Shown here piece after piece: positions 30,712 to 40,159 of a stretch of 64,000 nucleotides of DNA (position 1 is its first letter; each line of letters begins with the position of its first letter). A program made the translations under genes and the position numbers. The stretch lies in the NCBI GenBank assembly GCA_963812605.1, contig CAWEWF010000005.1:64001-128000 (forward strand), in the 5' to 3' direction. A model generated the notes under the pieces. It was not told the DNA's origin. It searched no databases and saw only the letters and a program-made list of their open reading frames with translations. This DNA is from an uncultured Verrucomicrobiae bacterium (GTDB lineage Bacteria; Verrucomicrobiota; Verrucomicrobiia; Palsa-1439).

Positions 30712-31131
30712 ATGGCTGAAGACCTCGCTGAACGACCAGTGCCTTCCAACCCGCCCTTGAAGCGGCGCGACTTATTGGTGGGCATCGGCTTTTCGGCGGT
30801 CAATGCCGGTGCGCACCTGATCTGGAACCCGATTGTTGATTACTGGCAGTACGTGGTGACAACGCTGGTGTTTGTGTCGGCGCTGACATTTTGGCTGACC
30901 AAGGAGTGGCGACGCCTGGACCTGTTCATCACGAAGTTTTACTGCGTCGCCGTGATCGTCGATGTTTTCGCCGAAGGACTCCTGCAACCGTTCCATCATT
31001 GCACGTTCGACAACCTGATGTGCACGGGTCGGATGTTCCTCGTGTTTTTTGCGGCGTGGTTGCTGGTGTATCCCTTGGAACGCTGGTTCACCATGCGCAA
31101 GACGGCGGTCGGTCCGGGGCCCGGCGTGTAG
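30712..31131 (+). CDS. Small ~4-TM membrane protein
   Basis: Four hydrophobic segments, three Cys; starts 18 bp after msrB. Confidence 0.7.
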   Translation: MAEDLAERPVPSNPPLKRRDLLVGIGFSAVNAGAHLIWNPIVDYWQYVVTTLVFVSALTFWLTKEWRRLDLFITKFYCVAVIVDVFAEGLLQPFHHCTFDNLMCTGRMFLVFFAAWLLVYPLERWFTMRKTAVGPGPGV

Positions 31132-31141
31132 ACAATCCAGC

Positions 31142-31984
31142 CTAACGTTCGAGTGCGGCGAAGAATTTCGAAAGGGCAGCGCGATAAGTCAGCGCGCTGG
31201 TCGCGAAAGCATCGTTGTGGCTGCCGCGAAGTTCGACGAATTGTTTCGGTTCATTGGCGGCGGCGAACAAACGTTGTGAATGACTGAAATCCACAAGGGT
31301 GTCGTCGCGACTGTGCAGGATCAGGAGCGGAACGTGGATTCCCGGCAGCTTGGCAATGGTGTCGTACTTGTTGCGCACCAGCCAGCGCACGGGAAAGAAC
31401 GGGAACATCCTTTGGCCGACATCGCCGATTGACGTGAATCCCTCCTCAAGCACAAGCCCGCGGACTTCCACTTTGCTCGCCAGATCGGCGGCAATGGCGG
31501 CGCCAAGCGATTCGCCGTAAGCGACGATCGAGCGCGGGGCGAGCTTGCGCTTTTGCGTCAGGTATTCATAGGCGGCTTGCGCGTCACGATAGGTGCCTTC
31601 CTCATTCGGCTGGCCTTCGCTGCGACCATAGCCACGGTAGTCGATAATGAACGTGTCGACACCGAGATCGCGGAACACGGCAATTTTCTCGAGACGATGG
31701 GAGATGTTGCCGGCATTGCCATGGCAGAAAAGCACGGTCAGCCTTGTCACATCAGCGTCCTCCGCCAGATTTTCCCCCGGCACAAACCAGCCGTTGATTT
31801 GAACGTCATCGGAGGTGGTCAGGGTGATGTTTTCGTATTTGAGTCCCACTTTATCGGGTGTTTGTTCGATCACGCGGTTTGGGTGGTAAAGGAGACGCGG
31901 CTCACTCCAGCGCAGCCAGAGGATGAACCCGATGATGACGATGAGAATGAGGAAGAGGTCGATCAACATGCGTCGCTTCCGCAT
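31142..31984 (-). CDS. Alpha/beta hydrolase (ABHD13/17-like)
   Basis: HGNAGN, DYRGYG, GESLG, HSRDD, GSHND. Confidence 0.88.
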   Translation of the reverse strand: MRKRRMLIDLFLILIVIIGFILWLRWSEPRLLYHPNRVIEQTPDKVGLKYENITLTTSDDVQINGWFVPGENLAEDADVTRLTVLFCHGNAGNISHRLEKIAVFRDLGVDTFIIDYRGYGRSEGQPNEEGTYRDAQAAYEYLTQKRKLAPRSIVAYGESLGAAIAADLASKVEVRGLVLEEGFTSIGDVGQRMFPFFPVRWLVRNKYDTIAKLPGIHVPLLILHSRDDTLVDFSHSQRLFAAANEPKQFVELRGSHNDAFATSALTYRAALSKFFAALER

Positions 31985-32066
31985 ACAGTCGGGCGAGGTA
32001 TAGCACACGTGAAGCAGGTGCGCCACGGAAAAGCTGCGAGTGATGGGAGGCTGACGGGCTTGGGTA

Positions 32067-35000
32067 CTACTGCTGGAATAGGCTGATGGTGACCTTCTCC
32101 GCGGTTGAATCCGTACCCTTCAATGTCAGTGAAAGACGCGAGGCATTGAAGCTGCCGGAGAAGTTAATTGGCTTGCTGTCGAAGGTGATGTATCCGTACA
32201 CCTTACTGCGAGAGGTCATCAGCAACTGCCCCACCACGGCGCCTGGAGCGTCGCTGGTGGCGATGTCGAAGAGGGCCGAATCATTCGCGTTGGAGCTGAT
32301 CCGGTAGCTCACCTGCGTTGACGTCTGGACGACTGTTACCAGTCCCGTCCACGTGCCGCTGAGATCGCGGAACGTCGTCGCCGGAATGCCCTTCCAGTGG
32401 AAGATGCCCATGCCAGTTGGCATCGTTCCTTTGACACTCTTAAGGCCCTTCACGGTCGCTAACAGCATCCCATTCCAATTGGTCACGTCCGCGGTCTGCC
32501 CGACAAACGGTCCCGTCACCTGTCCCCTGGCGTTGAAGCCCCACTGACCCGAGACTTCGTCCAGCCCGAACGTCTTGAGGTGAATTCCATAGCCGCTGGC
32601 GGTGAAGTCATCCTCGAAGGTCAGGAACTGAGCTCCCTTGTCGGCGCCACTGATCGTGACTTCCCAATCGCCAACAGGCGAGTTCCCGGCGCCAACCGTG
32701 ATCGTGGCGCCGGCGGAAATGTTCGTCATACCCGATGTATCACTGGCGCGCGCGCTGAGAACGTGACTGCCGAACGCGGGATTCACCAGGAAGTTTGTCC
32801 CCGGGTTCGAGGTCGTCTCCCCGAGTTTTGTGGTGCCATCGAAGAATTCGATCTTGCTGATTGCGGCGCCGCCGTTGGCGGCGGCGCTGGCGACAATGGC
32901 GATCGTCAGATTGGTCAGGGGCGGATACAACATGCCGTTGGCCGGGCGGACGATGCTCACTGTCGGCGGCGAGCTCGCGGCGTTGGTCACGGTGATATAG
33001 TTCGAGAGCGTTAGCGTGTTCGAACCGAGCGGGCCGAACACCGTCAAGCTAACCGAGAAGGTTCCCGCGCCGGTGTAGGAGTGGCTCGGGCTGCTCAGCG
33101 TACTCGTGCCCCCATCACCAAAAGTCCACACGCGGTCCGTTACCGTGCCGCTGGAGGCATCGGTGAAATTCACCAGGAGCGTCGCGGCGCCGTTGGTTGG
33201 CGTACCGGTAAAGCCCGCAGTTGGCGCGCTTCCGGCCGAACCGGTGACGGTATTGCTTGAGACACCCCCGTTGCTCGCGAACACAACCGATCCGGTGAAG
33301 ACCCCCGCGGCCAACGGGTTGAATTTCACGTTGACCAGGCCCGTTTGACCCGTGCTTACGTTGAACGAACTGCTGCTCACAAGCGTAAACGGCGCGCCCG
33401 ACGCGGTCGTGGTGCCGATCAACGCCTGGCCTCCCGTATTGGCAATGAAGAACGTGAGCGTGCTACTTTGGCCCACCGGCAGGAATCCGAAATCGAGACT
33501 GCCGGGCGAGATGAGCAAATGCGATGGACTGTTTGTGACGGTGATATAATTGATGCGGATACTGCTCTGCGTGCCGCCGACCGGGCCGGTGTCGAAGAGG
33601 GATACGGTAAACACGCCCGTCGCGTTATAGGTGTAGGCCACGGTCGTGTTCAGGGTGTTCGTCGTCCCACCGTCCCCGAAGCTCCAGAAGCGGTCCGTGA
33701 TCGTGCCGGTCGTTGTATCGGTAAACGTGACGGTCAACGGCACGAGACCGCTGGTCGGGCTGCCGGTGAAACTGGGAACGGGAGTGATGGCGCTGCCACC
33801 CGTCACGGCATTCGTGGCTTCGCCACCGTTGCTGGCGAAGATCACCTGGTCGGTGAAACTGCCCGGGCTCGACGGCGTGAAAGCGACAACCACATTTGTC
33901 GAACCAAAGCCGGCGACGTTGAACGGGCTGCCCGAGACAACCGCGAACGGGGCGCCGCCGACGGTTGCGGTTCCAATGAGCGTTGCGCCGCAGGGGTTGG
34001 TCACTACGAAGCTGGCCTGTGCGGTTGTACCCGTCACGATCATTCCAAAATTGTGGCTCGCGGGCGACACGGCAATCGAGGCGCCCACCGAAGCCGCAGC
34101 CTCGTTCGAATTGGTGCTTTCGCCACCGGCATTCACCGCGGAGACCACGTAATAGTAGGTGGTGCAACCGGTGACATTGCTGTCGATGAAACTGGTGGTC
34201 GCGGGATTGGCATTGGTGGTGTACGGTCCGCCGCTGACCAACGCCCGCTTCACGAAGTAGCTCGCGGCGTTGGACGAGGCATTCCAATTCAACGTGACAA
34301 ACGAGGCGCCCGAGGTCGCTGTCAATCCCGTGGGTGTCGGCGGGGGAGGCGGGAGCGCGACGAAATTAAAAACGCGGACGTAATCGACCTGCATCTCGGC
34401 GGGAAGGCTGGGATTGATGCTGTTGGTGCTCGGATTGCCAACGTAATTGCCGCCGGTGGCGAGGTTCATGAGCAGGAAAAACGGCTGGTTGAACGGGAAG
34501 GGATAGGGGTTTCCCGTGGAACTCGACCAACTGGTTTGGGTTTCGTAAGGGACGCCATCGACCGACCACGTGATCGAGTTGGTGGTCCAATCCAGATCGT
34601 AAACATGGAAGTTGGTGACCGAGTCGCCGCCGGTGAAATTGAAGATTTGCGTCGCGTCGCTGCCGGAGTGGATGCTTCCCTGCTCGAAGGTGATGGTGGC
34701 CCCGTTATTTTCCACGACATCGATTTCGCCGCAGCCCGGCCAGGGGGTGTTGACGATGTTGGTCCCCAACATCCAGAGCGCCGGCCACATGCCGACGCCG
34801 GCGGGCAGTTTGGCGCGCCATTCGATGCGCCCGTACAGCGTCCAGAAAAGCCCCTGGGTCTTCATGCGGGCGGAGGTGAAGTTGAAACCGTTGGTGTTCT
34901 CTATTTGGGCGTGGATATGCAGCAAGCCGTCCGCAACGTACGCGTTGTTGGTGCGGTCGGTATAGAATTCCAATTCGTTGTTGCCCCAGCCGCCATTGTT

Positions 35001-35162
35001 ACCGGTGTCGAACGTCCACTTGGTGGTATCGACATTGGAACTGGTGGCGCTGTTGAACTCATCGCTCCAGACGAGCGACAGGGTTTGGCCGTGCGTCGCT
35101 GGTGTCATGGCCCCGAGCAATCCAATCAGGAGCAGGCCGCGGAAGGCCAAGGTCAAAAACAC
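32067..35162 (-). CDS. Secreted GH16 laminarinase-like glycoside hydrolase with FN3, ASH-like Ig, PKD and Big domains plus an unknown C-terminal domain
   Basis: WSDEF, GWGNNE, WPALWM, GEIDVVE catalytic motif; WSFGDG PKD motifs; start codon uncertain. Confidence 0.88.
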   Translation of the reverse strand: MFLTLAFRGLLLIGLLGAMTPATHGQTLSLVWSDEFNSATSSNVDTTKWTFDTGNNGGWGNNELEFYTDRTNNAYVADGLLHIHAQIENTNGFNFTSARMKTQGLFWTLYGRIEWRAKLPAGVGMWPALWMLGTNIVNTPWPGCGEIDVVENNGATITFEQGSIHSGSDATQIFNFTGGDSVTNFHVYDLDWTTNSITWSVDGVPYETQTSWSSSTGNPYPFPFNQPFFLLMNLATGGNYVGNPSTNSINPSLPAEMQVDYVRVFNFVALPPPPPTPTGLTATSGASFVTLNWNASSNAASYFVKRALVSGGPYTTNANPATTSFIDSNVTGCTTYYYVVSAVNAGGESTNSNEAAASVGASIAVSPASHNFGMIVTGTTAQASFVVTNPCGATLIGTATVGGAPFAVVSGSPFNVAGFGSTNVVVAFTPSSPGSFTDQVIFASNGGEATNAVTGGSAITPVPSFTGSPTSGLVPLTVTFTDTTTGTITDRFWSFGDGGTTNTLNTTVAYTYNATGVFTVSLFDTGPVGGTQSSIRINYITVTNSPSHLLISPGSLDFGFLPVGQSSTLTFFIANTGGQALIGTTTASGAPFTLVSSSSFNVSTGQTGLVNVKFNPLAAGVFTGSVVFASNGGVSSNTVTGSAGSAPTAGFTGTPTNGAATLLVNFTDASSGTVTDRVWTFGDGGTSTLSSPSHSYTGAGTFSVSLTVFGPLGSNTLTLSNYITVTNAASSPPTVSIVRPANGMLYPPLTNLTIAIVASAAANGGAAISKIEFFDGTTKLGETTSNPGTNFLVNPAFGSHVLSARASDTSGMTNISAGATITVGAGNSPVGDWEVTISGADKGAQFLTFEDDFTASGYGIHLKTFGLDEVSGQWGFNARGQVTGPFVGQTADVTNWNGMLLATVKGLKSVKGTMPTGMGIFHWKGIPATTFRDLSGTWTGLVTVVQTSTQVSYRISSNANDSALFDIATSDAPGAVVGQLLMTSRSKVYGYITFDSKPINFSGSFNASRLSLTLKGTDSTAEKVTISLFQQ

Positions 35163-35413
35163 CGGCTTGGATCGAAACAGTGAAATGATAAAGAGAACGT
35201 CGTGCCGCCATCGCGAACTGCCCTCGCATTACGCTTGGAACACTACACTCGGTCGCCTCCAAAATGCGATGTCAAATATGAATGATAACGTTTTCATTGC
35301 AGGGTCAACTGGCCGAACTAGATACGACGGCGAAGCAGGCTCACATCATGGTATTACAGAAAAAATGGCGCGTGGAGAATTCGTTTGCAGTAGACAGTTC
35401 AGACGCCTGGGCT

Positions 35414-35851
35414 TCATCGTCTTCTCACGGTCACATCAATAAGGCCAAGATCGGGGTCTGCCAGCCGCGCGAATGCCGCTCGGCTCAAGTCGATCTTTCG
35501 GCCCTCCTGAAAAAGTCGTCTCGCGGGGCCGCGATCGGTGATTTCCACGACCACGTTGCGGTCCTCATGCGTGACCACCACCTTCGTGCCGAGGGGGAAA
35601 GACCACGACGCAGCGGTGAGGTTATCGGGATCAAACCGCTGGCCATTGGCCATCGGGCGTCCACGATGGTCTTCTCCATACCATGAAGCCAGATCAGCAG
35701 CCTGGCAGTTGAGGCACAAAAACAGGAAGAGCGCAACGAGGCCGAGCCTTGCTGTCGTGAACAGCGTTTGTACTCCGCGCTTCCGAATTTGCTCGTGCAT
35801 CGGGCAACTGACATTCATCGCGGCACCTCCATGACGAAGTTGTTCTCCCAA
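35414..35851 (-). CDS. RlpA-like (DPBB) lytic transglycosylase family protein
   Basis: ASWYG, ANG..FD, TAAS, ITDRGP, IDLSRAAF; start uncertain. Confidence 0.85.
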   Translation of the reverse strand: MGEQLRHGGAAMNVSCPMHEQIRKRGVQTLFTTARLGLVALFLFLCLNCQAADLASWYGEDHRGRPMANGQRFDPDNLTAASWSFPLGTKVVVTHEDRNVVVEITDRGPARRLFQEGRKIDLSRAAFARLADPDLGLIDVTVRRR

Positions 35852-36128
35852 CCGTCGAATCAGCTATACTAATTGGGATGATAATACGCGCCGTGAAGTT
35901 GCAGCGCCATCGGACGGACGGCGGAATTGTGGGTAGGGCTGAATCCTACGGGAAAACGCTGAGATGAGAGGGTAGACAGCGTCTAGTCTTCTTCTGATTT
36001 CTTCAAAAGTTCAGAATCAGCTTGTTAGCATTGTCAGAGGTGATACTGTGAGTGCTCGTCAGACTAAATGGGCGGAGGTCGTGCGGGAAATGTCGGTTGG
36101 ATAATTACCTTTCGCAACGGAAGCAACC

Positions 36129-37103
36129 GTGCAGAGAAACTGTTCAATGATGCCTGTCACCGCGCTGCTCGGTGTATTTCTGGTTGTCCTTTCTTCTGGG
36201 TGTGCCACTTCTTATCATTCTAGCGGTTACACTGGCGGATACTCTGATACACAGCTCGCCCCCGATGTTTTCAGGGTCGTCTTTCGTGGCAACGCCTACG
36301 CCCACGCTGAGCGTGTACAGGATTTCGCTTTGTTGCGCGCTTCGGAGTTAGTCTTGCAGCATGGCTTTGGGTATTTCGCTGTCATCGATGAGAGTAATTC
36401 AAGCACGCCAGTTGTATTCAACACCCCCGGTCATTCGTACACAACGGGCTCAGGTTCTGTCGTCGGTAATACTGTGGAGTATTCTGGACAAACGACCTAT
36501 TACCCCGGTGAGACTTACACGCTGTACAAATCGAAAACGGGGCTTCTCATCAAGGCATTCGTGACAAAACCGGAAGGCATTTTTACATTCGACGCGGCAT
36601 TCTTGCAGCAGTCGGTTAAGGGAAAGTATCGAATCAAGTCTGGTTCCGGAACCGCCGCATCCCCGAAGCAGGCACATAAGGCACTCGAAAAGGTTCGCTA
36701 TATGGAATTTGCAGGTAAACAACAGGAGTGGCCTCTGGCTCAAAAGGCTATGATTCAAGTTCAGAATACCAAATACGGGACGCCAATCTATTATGACCTG
36801 CCTAGCAAACGCTACGAAATCCTCGGCTCGTTTCAGGCTAACGGCGATAATGTCATCAAGCACACTGCGCAAGCTGCTCAAGCAGTCGGAGCCGATGCGG
36901 TGCTCATGGTCAATGATAAAGCATTTATTGATGCGGGCATTGAGTTTAATCCCCAAGTTTCTGCAAACGGGAGGAACACGAGCCGGCCAAACTCGATGGA
37001 AGGAATCTTTATTCGTTGGAGTCACGAGATCGCCATCCCGACAGCAGGATCGCCGCCCGCCTCGTCTGGTCGGGCGTCGGTACCACCGGTCGAATCAAAA
37101 TAA
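36129..37103 (+). CDS. Two-domain lipoprotein of unknown function
   Basis: Lipobox LSSGC; GYSDTQLAPDVFRVVFRGN...ALLRASEL N-terminal domain; second domain ending GADAVL; visibly more AT-rich. Confidence 0.75.
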   Translation: MQRNCSMMPVTALLGVFLVVLSSGCATSYHSSGYTGGYSDTQLAPDVFRVVFRGNAYAHAERVQDFALLRASELVLQHGFGYFAVIDESNSSTPVVFNTPGHSYTTGSGSVVGNTVEYSGQTTYYPGETYTLYKSKTGLLIKAFVTKPEGIFTFDAAFLQQSVKGKYRIKSGSGTAASPKQAHKALEKVRYMEFAGKQQEWPLAQKAMIQVQNTKYGTPIYYDLPSKRYEILGSFQANGDNVIKHTAQAAQAVGADAVLMVNDKAFIDAGIEFNPQVSANGRNTSRPNSMEGIFIRWSHEIAIPTAGSPPASSGRASVPPVESK

Positions 37104-37128
37104 GTTGCCTTGGTTGGCAATGTCTGCC

Positions 37129-37650
37129 GACGCCGCGTGAGGGCACGCGGCTTACAACAGCCTTCGTGTCATCCGCGTCTGTTCGTGTTCTTCGTGGTGA
37201 ACTCTGCGGGCTCTGTGTCTCTATGGTTTATCCGGATGTTGCTCATGGCGATCTCTTCCAAGGTGGTGGATGCCGATAGATGTCAGTGACATCTATCAGA
37301 TTAGGTAACGCGGACGCTGTCGCTATGGGGTGTGGTGGCATTTGGAGTGACGGAGGCACTCTGGTTGTTAGAAGGGGAGTTGGTGTCGTGGGAGATGGTT
37401 GCCGCGGAAGTGCAGCGCGCGGCGTTTGCCACGGGAGCACGGCGCGTGGCGTCTCATCGGATTCGGCTCCGTCTAACTCGGCTCGACAGGTTCAGCATGA
37501 CAGACGGAAGAAAGAGCGCGGACGCTGATGCTATGGGGTGTGGCGGCATTTGGAATGGCGGAGGCACGACGGCAACCGGGCCGGTCGCCCTACAATTCGG
37601 CAGAGGGACGGCGCGGCCTACCAACGGCGGAGGAGCGTAGGACGATCGGG
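37129..37650. repeat. Cluster of degenerate REP-like and short repeats, including a 51-bp direct repeat (37309-37359, 37517-37567)
   Basis: Five mismatches between the two 51-mers; hairpins ending TTACAA/CTACAA/CTACC; ttcgtg and ctctgtg simple repeats. Confidence 0.7.
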
Positions 37651-37714
37651 AGATTGCCGCGAAGACATCATCGCGGCGTATCAGATGGCTTCCTCAACGT
37701 AACCGGTGAAGCGA

Positions 37715-38107
37715 TCAGAGTTGTTCCGATGCTACCAGCAAGTAAACTATCATCATCAGCGCGAGGAGCGCGACGCCGACGGTGACCGTCACAATCAAAC
37801 CGCGATTCGCCTGCACTTCGCCGCGCTCAATCGCCAGATTCACGAGGTGGTAGTGCCACGCCGCCAGGACCGCGAGCGCGCCGCCCAGAGCCATCATCGC
37901 CACACCAATCGGCAGCGACATGCCTGTGCTGTGGACGGGTATCTGCGGGGCAAGCCGCGTGGCGAGCTCGCGCAGCCACACGCCGAACTTGGCGACGACA
38001 AAACCGAGACTGATGACGGCGATACTGGTCCTGATCCATGCCAGAAACGTTCGCTCGTTCGCGAGATATTCCGTCGACTTTTTTTCTTCCGGTATCCTGG
38101 CTTTCAC
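37715..38107 (-). CDS. DUF202 / YidH family membrane protein
   Basis: YLANERTFLAWIRTS, GFVVAKF; GTG start. Confidence 0.88.
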   Translation of the reverse strand: MKARIPEEKKSTEYLANERTFLAWIRTSIAVISLGFVVAKFGVWLRELATRLAPQIPVHSTGMSLPIGVAMMALGGALAVLAAWHYHLVNLAIERGEVQANRGLIVTVTVGVALLALMMIVYLLVASEQL

Positions 38108-38192
38108 AAGTAATTTTGTATCCCAACCCGACGGCCGCGTGACGAATGGGGGCAGATTCGGTGCTGCGCTCCGCTTTCGCCGCGCTGGTCCT

Positions 38193-38345
38193 TTAAAACC
38201 GGCCCATGAGAACCAATACGACCACAATCACGACTACGACTCCAAGGCCGCTGCTTGGGTAGAACCCCCAGTTTCGGCTGTGGGGCCAGGTAGGCAATGC
38301 GCCCACGAGAAGGAGAACGACCAATATCAAAAGAATTAATCCCAT
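38193..38345 (-). CDS. DUF3309 family small membrane protein (not in the ORF track)
   Basis: MGLILLILVVLLLVGALPTWPHSRNWGFYPSSGLGVVVVIVVVLVLMGRF; AAAGGA RBS. Confidence 0.88.
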   Translation of the reverse strand: MGLILLILVVLLLVGALPTWPHSRNWGFYPSSGLGVVVVIVVVLVLMGRF

Positions 38346-38776
38346 GTTGTTGTTCCTTTCTTTGTTCCTGACAGTAAGTTACGCCAAGAGCTGATCCGCT
38401 TTCTATGGGGTCAACACCCCATGGGGAAGAGAGCCAACGTCCAGCGTGAAACGCGCAACCTCGAAAAGGATTCGGGGCGGGCCGTCCAACGTTCAACGCG
38501 CGATTTCGCAGGATCGGGAGATTGCTTTGGTCAGGTGAAAAGGCGATGGGAAAATCTGCGCTTCACAGAAACGCAGCTACAACACGCGGGGGAAAGACGA
38601 CGGCACGCGGGCGGGAGCCTACTTCGCGAGGACGCTACGAAGGCCAGGCTGCCCACGCCACCAAGAGAGGAACGTTGAGGTTTTTAGGAAAAAATCTATT
38701 GACGGGATGTTCCCTCTTGACCGGTTGCGGGCTGCATGGTAGCAAAGGGCTTTCAGTTAGAGGTTTTTACGAAATT

Positions 38777-39229
38777 ATGCGGTGTCCAAAATGCACGGGG
38801 GTGGACGATAAAGTGATTGATTCGCGCAGCAGCCGCGACGGGTTGTTGATTCGGCGGCGGCGGGAGTGCCTGAAATGCGGGGCGCGGTTCACGACCTACG
38901 AGGAGATTTTCCGCGAGAAATTGCGGGTGAAGAAGCGGGACGGCGAATATGAGGAATTTGACCGCCGCAAGCTGCTGGCGGGGATGGAGAAGGCCTGCGA
39001 GAAGCGGCCGGTGAGCACGGAGGAGATCGAGTCCCTGGCGGAGCGGGTGATCACCGAATTGGAAAACGAATTTGGCCGGGAAGTGCCTTCGAAGCAGATC
39101 GGCGAGCGCATCATGCAGCACCTGCGCAAGCTTGACGAAGTGGCTTACGTAAGGTTCGCCTCGGTGTATCGGCAGTTCCGCGACGCCGAGCAGTTCATAG
39201 ACGAGATCAAACAACTGGGCAAATCATGA
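38777..39229 (+). CDS. nrdR: Transcriptional repressor NrdR
   Basis: MRCPKC, VIDSR, RRRREC..C..RFTTYE, VAYVRFASVYR. Confidence 0.96.
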   Translation: MRCPKCTGVDDKVIDSRSSRDGLLIRRRRECLKCGARFTTYEEIFREKLRVKKRDGEYEEFDRRKLLAGMEKACEKRPVSTEEIESLAERVITELENEFGREVPSKQIGERIMQHLRKLDEVAYVRFASVYRQFRDAEQFIDEIKQLGKS

Positions 39230-39796
39230 TTCAAGCCGCATACCGACATCGTCTGGGTCAGGTTCGAGGACGGCCATCTGGCGCCGTTCGACGAACAGCG
39301 GCTGGCGCTGTCGATCCAGGACGTGGCGGAGCGCGCGGGCCACTCCGATTGGTGGCTGGCGGAATCCGTGGCGGCGGCGGTGCACGCGTACGCGATCAAA
39401 TGCCGTTCGGATGGCGTGATCCCCAGCCGCGAGATCGTGGAGATTGTGGTCGCGGTCCTGTCGACGCTGGGATTCGAGAAGATTTCCGAGGCGTACGCGG
39501 GCGATGAACATTCCGCGGCGATCCATCTCAACGACCTGGCGGCGCCAACGGGTGCGGCGTTTGAACTCGACTTTTTTCGTCGACTCGACGTGGCGCTGGA
39601 GGCGGCCGCGAATCATCGTCTATCGGCGATCGAGGTGGACGGCTTGCGGGCGTGCGTGATGCAGTTGCGGGGCGCGCAACGTTGGAATTCCGGTTGCCGT
39701 CAACTGGCCGAGGAAATCGTCGAGTATGTTCGCGAACGCGTCATGCGGGTACGCCCGGCGCAGGCCGCGTGCCTGCGGCTCGCCGTGGTGGAGTAG
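39226..39796 (+). CDS. Hypothetical protein with degenerate ATP-cone-like N-terminus (frameshift near 39234)
   Basis: Repaired sequence MIQPHTDIVWVRFEDGHLAPFDEQRLALSIQDVAERAG...EIVEIVVAVLSTLGFEKISEAY; ATGA overlap with nrdR. Confidence 0.65.
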
Positions 39797-39801
39797 CGGC
39801 C

Positions 39802-40146
39802 ATGGCCGACAACATTTTCGCCAAGATCATCCGCAAGGAAATCCCTGCCAAGATTGTTTATGAGGACGAGCGCGTGCTGGCGTTCCGCGACATCGACCCG
39901 AAGTCGCCCGTCCATATTCTCATCGTGCCGAAGAAGGACATTGCGCGCGTGTCGGAGGCGCGGGCCGAGGATGAACCGTTGCTGGGGCATCTGCTGATCG
40001 TTGCCGCGGAGATTGCGCGGAAGGAAGGCATCGACGGCACGGGCTATCGCATCGTGATCAACAAGGGCGCGCATGCGGGCGAGAGCGTGCCGCACCTGCA
40101 CGTGCATCTTCTCGGCGGTCGGGCGTTGAACTGGCCGCCCGGATGA
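39802..40146 (+). CDS. HIT family nucleotide-binding protein (HinT-like)
   Basis: IFAKII, HILIVPK, HLHVHLLGGR, WPPG. Confidence 0.93.
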   Translation: MADNIFAKIIRKEIPAKIVYEDERVLAFRDIDPKSPVHILIVPKKDIARVSEARAEDEPLLGHLLIVAAEIARKEGIDGTGYRIVINKGAHAGESVPHLHVHLLGGRALNWPPG

Positions 40147-40159
40147 GCGCCGTCTCCTT

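Noticed and set aside
33345-35183. Long antisense ORFs (also 4170-5774, 8712-10115, 50111-51319)
   Set aside because: Shadow frames of GC-rich genes with no protein motifs
37243-37785. Short overlapping ORFs or a CRISPR array
   Set aside because: The ORFs are translations of repeat debris; there are only two long repeats and no cas genes
38522-38776. N-terminal extension of NrdR
   Set aside because: NrdR starts at the MRCP zinc ribbon; the upstream sequence looks like promoter DNA
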